A stretch of DNA of 63,165 bases. Origin: a virus. Its lineage: Duplodnaviria > Caudoviricetes. The notes below the pieces were generated by a model, which was not told the DNA's origin, did not search any database, and was given only the letters and a program-made list of their open reading frames with translations. The stretch covers positions 1 to 63,165 of IMG/VR virus record IMGVR_UViG_3300015370_000016. One strand, given 5' to 3'. The position numbers were made by a program, and so were the translations under genes. This document shows, in pieces, positions 1-9,429 of this stretch; the stretch's first letter is position 1; every line of letters starts with the position of its first letter.

Positions 1-1086
1 AATCAAAACCTTGTAATTATTGGTATACAAAACGACATAACTTCTACTGCATTAACTATGAGCAATATTAATACTGAATTGTCTTTTACTAATACATCAA
101 ACTTTACAACAGAACAGTATTTAAAACTTTCAAATTTTATATATGAAAACACGTATAAAAATGAAAATATAATTATTACAAGTTTAATGAGTAATGCAGA
201 AATCAATAATCAAAGTTTAGAATTATATAATGCTTCTTCTGTTGTTCTTAGTAAAATGGCTGTTCCTAGATATCAAATAACTATTAATGCTATAAATTTT
301 CCTACAATTTATGATTTTGCCCCTATGATAAGTCAATTTGTTTTAGGGGATCAAATAACCATAGAAACAGATGAGAATTTATTATTGTCTGCCACACTTT
401 TAGAATATAGTTTTAATTATGAAGATCCAACTGATTTTTCAATAACAATTTCAAATAAACAAAGGATAAATGATTCTAGTTTTATTTTATCTGACTATAT
501 TCAAAAAACATTAAAGGTTGCCTCAGATGTCAGTTTTACTAAAGAGGCTTATAATGATTGGAGTACCAATAAACCCATTATTATAGACAATGTTATAACT
601 CCATCTGGAATTTCTTCTTATGGAATTATTGCAGAAAATATTAAAGGTGAAATTACTGCAACTCCGACTTTAAATATAACAAATATAAATTCTACAAGCG
701 GATCATCTAATTTTGTTTTAAATCAAGAAGGTGTTGTTTTACGAGAACCTACAATATACACTGTAGATGGTGGAGTTGGTATTAGTAGAGATATCGTTAC
801 TGCTGGAGGAGGCGTTGTTTCTTTTAGAAATGGGGTTTTTATTAGCGGTAGTGGTTTAGCTGAAGGAAGTTCTTTAACAGTTATTGAAGATTTAACTGGT
901 CAATCTGGCAGTTATATTTTTGTTAGTGGAAGTTATATTGGAAATTCAAGTAGAATTTATGTAAATGGAATTACTCAAATTAAAGGAATTCATTACAATG
1001 AATCTCCTTCTAGTGGAGCAACTATGATTGATGAAATTCAAGTTGGAGATGGCGTATTATTCGAATATGTTCCATTGATAACTTAG
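1..1086 (+). CDS. Phage tail/minor structural protein, 5'-truncated by the window edge
   Basis: Frame is open from base 1; Ser/Thr/Gly-rich; lies in the + strand block upstream of the lysin. Confidence 0.65.
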   Translation, partial: NQNLVIIGIQNDITSTALTMSNINTELSFTNTSNFTTEQYLKLSNFIYENTYKNENIIITSLMSNAEINNQSLELYNASSVVLSKMAVPRYQITINAINFPTIYDFAPMISQFVLGDQITIETDENLLLSATLLEYSFNYEDPTDFSITISNKQRINDSSFILSDYIQKTLKVASDVSFTKEAYNDWSTNKPIIIDNVITPSGISSYGIIAENIKGEITATPTLNITNINSTSGSSNFVLNQEGVVLREPTIYTVDGGVGISRDIVTAGGGVVSFRNGVFISGSGLAEGSSLTVIEDLTGQSGSYIFVSGSYIGNSSRIYVNGITQIKGIHYNESPSSGATMIDEIQVGDGVLFEYVPLIT

Positions 1087-1098
1087 AAAGGTGAAAAA

Positions 1099-1446
1099 AT
1101 GAATTATGTTACTTTTTCAAGTTTAAATAGTTTAGGGGAAATAAATTTTATTGCTGGAACAAGTTATACAATAAAATTTTTGTGCTATGATCAAGATGGA
1201 AATGATTTAGATATTAGTGCTGCTGATTGTACGTGGAACTTAGCTCCATTTGGAACAGATTATGCTATAGTAACAAAAACGGGAAATGTGATTACCACCA
1301 ACAGTTTTGAAATTGTTCTTGCTCCTATTGATACAAGAGATTTATCAAATGGCAAATATACACATCAACCAACCATTGTTTTCTCTAATGGCGTTGAAGT
1401 AGTTCCTGCTCAAGGAATCATAGCTGTGACAAAAAGGATAAGATAA
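1099..1446 (+). CDS. Baseplate-upper (BppU N-terminal-like) structural protein
   Basis: FIAGTSYTIKF...IVLAPIDT..L.GKY.HQ pattern; AAAGGTGA RBS. Confidence 0.55.
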   Translation: MNYVTFSSLNSLGEINFIAGTSYTIKFLCYDQDGNDLDISAADCTWNLAPFGTDYAIVTKTGNVITTNSFEIVLAPIDTRDLSNGKYTHQPTIVFSNGVEVVPAQGIIAVTKRIR

Positions 1447-1447
1447 T

Positions 1448-1690
1448 ATGGCTGATCCAACTAGCGTTTCTGGAAGTAAAAATTTATATATTTATCAAGA
1501 AAACCATATTGTTAGAACGGGAATTTTAAAATATTATGATCCACTAATGTTTTCTGATTTAGCTTTTGAAATTCTTTCAGATTTAAATGTTGTTGATCAT
1601 ACTTTACCAAGTACAGATCCAACATCAAATCAGCAACCAGAGGGTATAAATTTTGTAATATTTGATCTAACAATTGTGAGTGGGAGTTAA
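1448..1690 (+). CDS. Hypothetical protein (virion module)
   Basis: 80-aa ORF tightly packed in the operon. Confidence 0.6.
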   Translation: MADPTSVSGSKNLYIYQENHIVRTGILKYYDPLMFSDLAFEILSDLNVVDHTLPSTDPTSNQQPEGINFVIFDLTIVSGS

Positions 1691-1691
1691 T

Positions 1692-2528
1692 ATGACTACT
1701 ACAAATTTAAATTTATTTACATATAATTTAGGAACAAATGGAGATATTGGATTTGACGATTTAAGAAGTTTTATAAATGGATCTGGAAGTTCTAGTAATA
1801 TGATAAAAATAGATAATTGGGCTTTTCAACAACCCATTATTTTGTCATCTATATTGAGTTCTTTTTCTGGATCAAATACATTAATTAGTGGATCATTGGA
1901 TTCTATGGATACAATTTTAGCAAATTCTGCATCTCAAATATCTGAGTTAGATAATAGATTTGAAATACTTGGAACATTTAGTGGAAGTGGTCAAGCTGAT
2001 TTTTCTAGTATTTCTCAAGATTATGAAAATTTAATAATTTTAGGTGTTGCTTCGTCTAGTTATCCATCTTATTTTTCCAATATTGGAATTGATTTTAATG
2101 GCGATACATCAGGAAGTAATTATTCTGTTACTCAATACGATAATTCTGGATCAAATACAGGTGGAGGACTTTTTTATAATTCTGTAACTATTTCTGGTTC
2201 TTCATCTTTTAATCAAATAATTTTAGGAAAAATAACGGGAAATATTCATTCTGAATATGGAGGAATAGTTTTAGGAATTGTTCCCAATTATTCTGGAAGT
2301 GGTGGATTTTATAAAACATCAATGGGTATTAATCTTACCATAAGCGGATCGGGAATAGACAAATACGATGAAGGAATTCCAAGAAATGAACGGGTTTCTA
2401 TTAATTTATCTGGAGGCGCATGGAAAAACAATGTTCCAATTGATAGGGTTAGAGTTTTTGGAAGCAGTGGAAGTAGTAAATATGACTTTTTAGATGGAAC
2501 AGCAATAACAATATATGGATTTAAATAA
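1692..2528 (+). CDS. Tail fibre/receptor-binding-like protein (paralog A)
   Basis: ATG at 1692 after GGGAG; MTTTNLNLF..Y...SNMIKID N-terminus; C-terminal beta-rich domain ending IYGFK. Confidence 0.6.
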   Translation: MTTTNLNLFTYNLGTNGDIGFDDLRSFINGSGSSSNMIKIDNWAFQQPIILSSILSSFSGSNTLISGSLDSMDTILANSASQISELDNRFEILGTFSGSGQADFSSISQDYENLIILGVASSSYPSYFSNIGIDFNGDTSGSNYSVTQYDNSGSNTGGGLFYNSVTISGSSSFNQIILGKITGNIHSEYGGIVLGIVPNYSGSGGFYKTSMGINLTISGSGIDKYDEGIPRNERVSINLSGGAWKNNVPIDRVRVFGSSGSSKYDFLDGTAITIYGFK

Positions 2529-2549
2529 CTGAAAGGATGTGCTAATTAA

Positions 2550-3314
2550 ATGACAACTACAAGTTCTTTTTTAAATTTAATTTTATATAACAGCACAACA
2601 GATCAAAGTGGAAGTTTCATTAGTTGGACAAACGATGTTGCTGGATCATCTAATAGTAATATGACGAAAATTGATTCTTTTTCACAAGAAATAAGCGGAT
2701 GTGTTGTGTCGTTAAATTCTAATATAAGTGGATCTATTACTTCAATAAATAGTAATATTTCTATCTTAAGTGGTTCTGCCACTGCATTAAGTGGCAGTTT
2801 GGTTACTGCTAATTACAAATTTCAAAAATTAGGTGAATTTTCTGGTGCTGGTCAAGCAGATTTTACAAACATTCCTCAAAATCATTCTCATTTGTTAATA
2901 ATGGGAATTACGGGAACTGCCTATACAAGTATATCTAATGTTGTAGCGGATTTTAATGGAGATGCAAATCAGGGTAATTATGGAAGTGTTCAATGGTCTA
3001 AAAGTTCCTCTTTAGAATATCTTAGTGATAGACCCTGTGGTGGAATTGTTATAGGAAACGCAAATAATTATTCTGGAAATTTGTATGGAAATTCATTATT
3101 TGCTATGATTCCAAATTATAGTGCATCTGGTGGATTTTTTAAAACAGCTATGGGATATCTTGCAACAATAGAAAATTCATATCATGTTGGAATAATAGGA
3201 GGAGTTTGGAAATCTACATCTCCTATTACTAGACTAAGAATATCGGTAAGTTTTAGCGGAACTAGATATAATTTTATTGCAGGAACAAAACTTTCTCTGT
3301 ATGGTTTTGGATAA
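2550..3314 (+). CDS. Tail fibre/receptor-binding-like protein (paralog B)
   Basis: Shares SNMxKID, FSGxGQADF, DFNGD, PNYSxSGGFxKT and YGF blocks with paralog A. Confidence 0.6.
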   Translation: MTTTSSFLNLILYNSTTDQSGSFISWTNDVAGSSNSNMTKIDSFSQEISGCVVSLNSNISGSITSINSNISILSGSATALSGSLVTANYKFQKLGEFSGAGQADFTNIPQNHSHLLIMGITGTAYTSISNVVADFNGDANQGNYGSVQWSKSSSLEYLSDRPCGGIVIGNANNYSGNLYGNSLFAMIPNYSASGGFFKTAMGYLATIENSYHVGIIGGVWKSTSPITRLRISVSFSGTRYNFIAGTKLSLYGFG

Positions 3315-3351
3315 CTTTTTATTTTAAATAAAATGTTGATTTTATTTGGTT

Positions 3352-3407
3352 TTTAACCCCCATATATAGGGTATGGTTATTGTTTAACCCCCATATGTGG
3401 GGGTTAA
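3352..3407 (+). repeat. 14-bp direct repeat TTTAACCCCCATAT plus hairpin TTAACCCCCA-tatg-TGGGGGTTAA before the lysin RBS
   Basis: Copies at 3352-3365 and 3383-3396; hairpin at 3384-3407. Confidence 0.8.
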
Positions 3408-3421
3408 GTTAAGGAGAACAA

Positions 3422-4381
3422 ATGGCTTATATATTTAAACCAGTTTTAAAAGATTATGTTCTTGGTGCTGATTGGTCAAAATGGAATGATAATAATTCTA
3501 CTCCTGAAATGGTAAATTTTGAACAAGCTCTCGCAGAAGGAATAAATTATTCATTAATTAAATCTTCTCAGAAAAATTGGATGGATGAAGATATTTTAAT
3601 GAACTGGAAAAATGCTAAATCAGCTGGAATGCCTAGAGGAGCATATCATTTTATGACTTTTGATTATGATCCTAGAAAGCAAGCTGAGTTTATGTGGGGG
3701 TTATTAGAAAAAGATCCAGGTGAATTGCCTCCAGTATGTGATTTTGAATATTGGTTAGTTAACCCCCCTTCAAATGCAGCAGACATGCTTTGGAATTTTG
3801 TTGAAAGAATGAGAATTTTATCAGGAATATATCCTACAATTTATACGGGTGCTTTTTTCTGGCACTCTTACGGATCACAGGCTTATTCTTGGACTAATTT
3901 CAATTTGTGGATAGCTGGATATACCAGTGAGGATTATATTAATCAGAAGGTAAAGGATTTAACTCCTTGGGATACATGGGATCTTTGGCAATTTACTGAC
4001 AATGGAGATGGTATTAAATATGGTGGAGAATCATATAAATTAGATTTAAATTGGGCTAAAAAAGATTTTATTTCTCAGTTTATTAATTTAAATGGTGGTA
4101 CACCTGTTCCTGAACCTGAGCCAATTCCCGATCCAACAGATCCCCCTGAAGCACCTTCACAAAAAATTAAATTTGAAGTTATTTCAAATGAATTAAACAT
4201 TAGAACAGAACCAAAAGTTTCTTCAGCAACATTTACAGGAAGAAAACTCAAAAAAGGAGATGTGGTTGTTTTTGAAAAATCTTATGCTCCTTATGAGAAT
4301 TGGATTTTTGATAAAGATATCAATGGATGGGTTGCAGAAAAACATGCTGGAACTCAATACTTAAAAAGAGTTGAAGAATAA
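3422..4381 (+). CDS. Endolysin: GH25 muramidase, Pro-rich linker, SH3-like cell-wall-binding domain
   Basis: GADWSKW, GAYHF, PPVCDFE, IYT, WQFT, DLN motifs; LNIRTEP SH3b-like C-terminus. Confidence 0.9.
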   Translation: MAYIFKPVLKDYVLGADWSKWNDNNSTPEMVNFEQALAEGINYSLIKSSQKNWMDEDILMNWKNAKSAGMPRGAYHFMTFDYDPRKQAEFMWGLLEKDPGELPPVCDFEYWLVNPPSNAADMLWNFVERMRILSGIYPTIYTGAFFWHSYGSQAYSWTNFNLWIAGYTSEDYINQKVKDLTPWDTWDLWQFTDNGDGIKYGGESYKLDLNWAKKDFISQFINLNGGTPVPEPEPIPDPTDPPEAPSQKIKFEVISNELNIRTEPKVSSATFTGRKLKKGDVVVFEKSYAPYENWIFDKDINGWVAEKHAGTQYLKRVEE

Positions 4382-4401
4382 ATAATAAATATTAATAAAT
4401 T

Positions 4402-4440
4402 AAAATAGACTATAGATTAATTTCTATGGTCTATTTTTTT
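4402..4440. terminator. Bidirectional intrinsic terminator between convergent modules
   Basis: AAAATAGACTATAGA/TCTATGGTCTATTTT hairpin flanked by A and T tracts. Confidence 0.8.
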
Positions 4441-4456
4441 ATGATTTTTGTTTTTT

Positions 4457-4749
<293 letters not shown>

Positions 4750-4753
<4 letters not shown>

Positions 4754-5496
4754 TTGTTTTCCTTTATTTGATTATTTTCTATTGAGTGTTTGTAAACTCT
4801 TTCTATCCACAATAGGAACTCTTCTTTTGACATTGATCTTTTTGCGATATTGCATATTCCACAACAAGGAGCAATGTTATCTACAGTATAACCTTTTGCA
4901 TTATCAATTCTATCTATTCCGTTATAAATATAATCGCCATTTTGATACTCATTTTTAATAATATATTGAGGATTAGTTCCGCAATAATAACAATTTTTTT
5001 TAGTTATGTCATTAAATTGTAATTTAGTAAGGTCAAATTTTAAGTTTCTAGCTTTTGCTTCTCTTTTATATCTCGTATACAAGCGATTGAAACTAGCCAT
5101 TTTAAATTCTTTTTTAAAACGTTGTGAAATTTTTTCCTTTTGTAAACATCCACAAGATTTACTATGTCCATTTACCAACGAATAACTTGTAATAACTTTG
5201 TGGTTTCCACAGTCACATTTACAAAACCAAGAACGACTTCCTTTTTTATTCTTATCTTTTTTAATAACCGTCCAGCGACCAAACTTCATTCCAATTAAGT
5301 CATGTCCTTTTTCGTATCTTAAACATCCACATGATTTAGTGTGATTAGATGTTAAATCGTATGATAATACTTCAGTCGTTCTCCCACAATTACATTCGCA
5401 TAACCATTTTGCACTTCCCTTTTTATTATTTTCCGATCTTTCAATTACGACCAATTTTCCAAACCTTTGCCCTGTCAAATCAATAAATTTACCCAA
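4750..5496 (-). CDS. HNH-type homing endonuclease with repeated DLTGxRFG/CxCxCG DNA-binding modules
   Basis: Two DLxGxxFG...W.CxCxCG...KSCGC repeats; C-terminal CYYCG...GIDRIDN..GY...N..CC..CN. Confidence 0.85.
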
Positions 5497-5543
5497 ATTC
5501 CAAAACCTCCTTTTGTTTTTAATTATAGAATTATTGTGAAAAA

Positions 5544-5572
5544 ATTGTAATCCATAACTATTTTTTTGTCAA
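5544..5572 (-). promoter_or_regulatory. Sigma70/sigmaA-type promoter for the HNH gene
   Basis: TTGACA-N17-TACAAT. Confidence 0.75.
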
Positions 5573-5630
5573 TGATTTTCATAAAATAAATTCTAATCTA
5601 TTTTTTATACTGAATTTTTATAACCTATAG

Positions 5631-5960
5631 AATGAATAATGAGTGATTATTCATTTTAGAGGCTATGATTTTTCACCTATTAAATAGGCTATATAACCTA
5701 AAGGTTGGGTGACCTAAATTACGTATTTACATATGTAAAATGTGTAAAAATACACAAAACTCCTTTGTAAAATGTGTAGTGTCTTACTGGTAAGATGAAA
5801 TACAACCAATTTTGTTCTATAGATAAGACAATAAAGGTTGCCAATCCAACCTTTATTGAATATGACCCCAAACATAATTGGTGTTTGTGCTTCTATTGAG
5901 AAACCCCTCAATAAAAACAAAATCGGTACGCTTGCGAGCAGAGGCGTTTTGGGTACTGTT
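5631..5960 (-). ncRNA. Candidate ~300-nt structured non-coding RNA (alternatively a hairpin-rich origin)
   Basis: No credible ORF; own promoter; at least 8 hairpins plus a long-range helix; closing hairpin at 5631-5655. Confidence 0.45.
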
Positions 5961-5966
5961 GTGGTT

Positions 5967-5995
5967 ATTCTAATTGATAATACTTATTTTGTCAA
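5967..5995 (-). promoter_or_regulatory. Sigma70/sigmaA-type promoter facing the structured non-coding region
   Basis: TTGACA-N17-TAGAAT. Confidence 0.75.
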
Positions 5996-6005
5996 GTTAA
6001 TTTAT

Positions 6006-6515
6006 TTATTTCTTTCCTACAATAAATTTTTCTAAAGTAATAGGCATGTAATTAGTATATTCTAACGCTAATAATTTTTGATATCCATTTTTTATTGCTA
6101 ATAATTCTGGTTCGTGTCGTCTATGATCTGCGTTATGAAAATGACCATGTACATTTATATCGTATTCTCCATTCCAAACTACAGGTTTATGAGAAAACAT
6201 AATTCTTTTTCCAAATATTTTATCTTCAAATTGTTCACATACCATGCTCCATCCATGTTCTAAGTACCAAGAATTAGATTTTTTATCATGGTTTCCTCTA
6301 ACTAACCAATGTCTACCTGGAACAGTAAGAAGTTGTAAGTGCCACTTTACATCGTTGTAAATACAAATATCTCCTAAGTGTATCAATATGTCTTCTTGTT
6401 TGACACAATGACGAAGATTTTTTAATATGATTTCGGAAAAGTTTTCAGGTCTATTACAATATTCAATCATTTGAGAATGACCAAAATGAGTATCAGTAGT
6501 AAGCCAGTATTTCAT
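6006..6515 (-). CDS. Calcineurin-like metallophosphoesterase
   Basis: DTHFGH, HLGD, GNHD, SH, HGHFH motifs. Confidence 0.9.
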   Translation of the reverse strand: MKYWLTTDTHFGHSQMIEYCNRPENFSEIILKNLRHCVKQEDILIHLGDICIYNDVKWHLQLLTVPGRHWLVRGNHDKKSNSWYLEHGWSMVCEQFEDKIFGKRIMFSHKPVVWNGEYDINVHGHFHNADHRRHEPELLAIKNGYQKLLALEYTNYMPITLEKFIVGKK

Positions 6516-8005
6516 ATTAAGTTTCTTTCTTTCTTTATTCTATTAAAACAATTATCGCATAAAGTTGCATACCAATGTCCCCCGATGTCTCTTATTTCAC
6601 CTGGTTGACTACATTGCTCGCATGTTACCATAGATTGTTCTTCTGCTTGAGATATTAGATCGTCTAATTCATCTGTTGAAAAATTTGTATAATATCTAAT
6701 AGAGTTTCCGCACCATATTCCTTTCCCATTTCTTCTAACATAGATAATATGATTTGAAACTTCAACACAATATACTTTTCCATTATAGTTGACTATTCCT
6801 TCAAAAGAATTTTTAGAAAGTCCTTTTTCTTGTGTGTTATGAAACGGTTTCGATAACCAATTTATAGTATATACTTTATTTACGCCAGTTCCAACATATA
6901 TTGTTTTTTTTGGAGAAAGAATTGTTTCTCTAAAAGATCCTTGACATTTTAAAATTAATTCTTGAACATCATCCGATAATTGTTTTGAAACTGTATATAA
7001 TATATGTGCTGTTTTTGTTTTGTGTCCATCTCCAGCATATAAAGAATCTAAAAATATTTTAATTTGTTTTGGTGGAAGTTCTTTTATAAACGGAGGTACT
7101 TTTTTTTCTAATGCTTTGTGTCCAAAATTATCGGAAAGCCATCTTGCTAATTGCACGCTATATATTCTAAAAATTAAAGCCGATTTATCTTCCATGCTTG
7201 TTTTTATTTTAAATCCCAGCTTAGATATTACATTAGAAATTATTTCTTTTTCTTTTCCTTCATCAACATTGCAACATGCTATTGATATATTTCCTTTGTT
7301 GTCCGAACATCCTTCTGCGACATACCATCCCAAAAAATTCAAAAAATCATTCGTATTAAAAATTAAATCATTTACAGTATAGGTTCTGTTTTTATTTCTT
7401 ATTTTCATAAAATTGCTATATTTGTAACCTGGAATTATTATGCTTTTTAAATATGTTCCTTTCCATTGAGTTCCTTTTTTAAATTTTTTATTTTTATGAT
7501 AATACTTTTCATATGTTGTTAATTCAAATTCATGCTCAGTTATTTTATTTGGTTTATATCTTCCATTTACTTTATTTGGTTTTGCTATATAAAGATTATG
7601 ATTTGGAGTAACTAATAAATCCACTCCTCTTGTAACTAATTTATACATTTCACCACAATAATCATATTCTATATAATCTAAAATTGACTGATATTCTAAA
7701 AAATTATTTTTATTAAGTGTTGCTATTAAATCTGTATTTTTTAAATTTTTAAAAAATTTCCATCCTTTTTCTGTTAATATTTCAGTTTCTTCATCGTAAC
7801 ATCCAAATTTTTCTTTTACTTGATGAACATTGAAATCTTGACTTATTTTTTTATTATCTATTAATTTTTGTATTTTTTTAGAAAGATCATATAGTAATTT
7901 GAACCATCCATCTTCACATTCAAATGGAAGTCCTTTTCCGTAAAATCCACCATATTTATAAAATTTAAATTTTTCTCTTAGTTTTTCTTCAAGTTCGTGT
8001 TTCAT
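6512..8005 (-). CDS. Conserved phage protein (QVKEKFG motif, C-terminal CxxC...CxxC) interrupted by an intein; spliced product ~131 aa
   Basis: Exteins join as ...HQVKEKFG|SIRYY...CEQC...CDNC. Confidence 0.8.
   Translation of the reverse strand: MKHELEEKLREKFKFYKYGGFYGKGLPFECEDGWFKLLYDLSKKIQKLIDNKKISQDFNVHQVKEKFGCYDEETEILTEKGWKFFKNLKNTDLIATLNKNNFLEYQSILDYIEYDYCGEMYKLVTRGVDLLVTPNHNLYIAKPNKVNGRYKPNKITEHEFELTTYEKYYHKNKKFKKGTQWKGTYLKSIIIPGYKYSNFMKIRNKNRTYTVNDLIFNTNDFLNFLGWYVAEGCSDNKGNISIACCNVDEGKEKEIISNVISKLGFKIKTSMEDKSALIFRIYSVQLARWLSDNFGHKALEKKVPPFIKELPPKQIKIFLDSLYAGDGHKTKTAHILYTVSKQLSDDVQELILKCQGSFRETILSPKKTIYVGTGVNKVYTINWLSKPFHNTQEKGLSKNSFEGIVNYNGKVYCVEVSNHIIYVRRNGKGIWCGNSIRYYTNFSTDELDDLISQAEEQSMVTCEQCSQPGEIRDIGGHWYATLCDNCFNRIKKERNLI
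6704..7801 (-). mobile_element. Intein (366 aa) with LAGLIDADG homing endonuclease
   Basis: Starts CYDEETEILT; block B VTPNH; FLGWYVAEG and FLDSLYAGDG; ends WCGN followed by Ser. Confidence 0.9.
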
Positions 8006-8386
8006 TTATCGTATTATCCTTAAATATCTATTCAAAAAATTAATTCCTTCCTCAAACCAATCCGTGTAGAATAATGAACTTTCCTTTATCATTCCTACAT
8101 ACTTATCCCATGTTGGTTTTTCATTGATAAAAATTATGGGTATTCCTTTTCCAATTGCGTATCCCAATTCGAATAAAGTATTATAACCACCTGGATTATC
8201 TTCTTCTAAATATCCAAATATTAAATCAGAATGATCTATCATATTTAAATCTAAATTTGTATATTGAGATGGAATATTTAGTTCATGTTCATCAGGATTA
8301 AGATACTTTACGTCTGGATAATTTGCGTTTATTTTTACGCTTTTTCTCCAAGGGTTTCTTAGTCCGCCTGCTAAATAAATCTTCAT
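8006..8386 (-). CDS. Nucleoside 2-deoxyribosyltransferase-like protein
   Basis: KIYLAG, DL.MID.SD, T.FELGYA motifs. Confidence 0.8.
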   Translation of the reverse strand: MKIYLAGGLRNPWRKSVKINANYPDVKYLNPDEHELNIPSQYTNLDLNMIDHSDLIFGYLEEDNPGGYNTLFELGYAIGKGIPIIFINEKPTWDKYVGMIKESSLFYTDWFEEGINFLNRYLRIIR

Positions 8387-8526
8387 TGTCTGTTCATTCC
8401 TTTAATCGTTCCTAATAATATGATCAACAATCCTCCAAGTATAACAGCAAAATCTCTAAGATAATATCCACATAATGCACAAAGAGCACCTATCCAATAA
8501 ATTACTTCCCATTTTTGTACTCTCAT
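8383..8526 (-). CDS. Small membrane protein (47 aa, below the ORF-track cutoff)
   Basis: Hydrophobic ORF with ATGA overlap onto the next gene. Confidence 0.5.
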   Translation of the reverse strand: MRVQKWEVIYWIGALCALCGYYLRDFAVILGGLLIILLGTIKGMNRQ

Positions 8527-8606
8527 TTTATTATTCCTTATCTGTAATATGTTGCATATTATAATTGTTTTTTATATATAATATGACACATTTTTCATAT
8601 AACATT

Positions 8607-8879
8607 TTATGAACCTATACATTTATCACAACTAGGATTAGATAAATCACAATCCTCGCAATAGTCTGATTCTCTATCGTTTTCATCTTTTAAAAGATTC
8701 AATTCTTTATAGGAATCAAGACCATGAACAACGCTTCTTTTCCAATAATCTTTTCCACCATCAACAGATAGGTTTCCACATTTACAGGTTACATAATCAT
8801 GTCTATGCTTAGATTCTATAATGTCTCCACATAATAAACACTTGGCTATATTTTTTATTGATTCTTTTGGTTTATTCAT
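8607..8879 (-). CDS. Hypothetical zinc-binding phage protein
   Basis: CLLC.DIIES.HRHD..TCKCG.LSVDGG. Confidence 0.7.
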   Translation of the reverse strand: MNKPKESIKNIAKCLLCGDIIESKHRHDYVTCKCGNLSVDGGKDYWKRSVVHGLDSYKELNLLKDENDRESDYCEDCDLSNPSCDKCIGS

Positions 8880-9096
8880 TTTTACCAGACCATGATTTTT
8901 CTTCTGCTATGTCTTCCATAACATTTTCAACTGATACTGGTTGAAAACCAACTGCAATTAAAAACCGCATATATTGTCTTATCATATCAGCCAATAATCC
9001 TTCTTCGGATTCATTAAATTCATGTGATTGTTCTATCGTTTCATCGATAAATCCTCCGTAATGAAATTTGAATTCTAATTTGTGTTGAATAGCCAT
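8872..9096 (-). CDS. Hypothetical protein
   Basis: Packed ORF with RBS. Confidence 0.6.
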   Translation of the reverse strand: MAIQHKLEFKFHYGGFIDETIEQSHEFNESEEGLLADMIRQYMRFLIAVGFQPVSVENVMEDIAEEKSWSGKNE

Positions 9097-9100
9097 TTTA

Positions 9101-9346
9101 TTATTCCTCTATTTCTTGAAGATCGGTAAAACTATATTGGCTACAAGATTTTTCTAAACAATAACTTGAAAAAATGGAATTGAATAATTCTATTCTTTCC
9201 TCTTGTCTAGATGAATCTTCAAATTTTAGCATCACTATTTCTTTAAAAAGTCTATTGAATTGATTTTTTAATTCTATAGGAATACAGTATGTTTTATAAT
9301 ATCCATCTTGTTCAAAACAATATCTTCCAGAAAGTTTATTAGCCAT
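9101..9346 (-). CDS. Hypothetical protein
   Basis: AAGGAG RBS. Confidence 0.6.
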   Translation of the reverse strand: MANKLSGRYCFEQDGYYKTYCIPIELKNQFNRLFKEIVMLKFEDSSRQEERIELFNSIFSSYCLEKSCSQYSFTDLQEIEE

Positions 9347-9429
9347 ATGATTCTCCTTTATTCCTTATAAAATGTTTGTTTTATTTGGTTTATTTTATAT
9401 TCGCTTAAAATATGTAGTTTTAGCGAATT

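Noticed and set aside
1084-1099. TAG read-through fusing the tail protein to the next in-frame ORF
   Set aside because: The 12-nt gap contains a well-placed RBS (AAAGGTGA), and in-frame spacing occurs one time in three by chance.
5714-6035. ORFs 5714-5920 (-) and 5838-6035 (+)
   Set aside because: TTG starts without an RBS and no protein motifs; the region is better explained by its hairpins.
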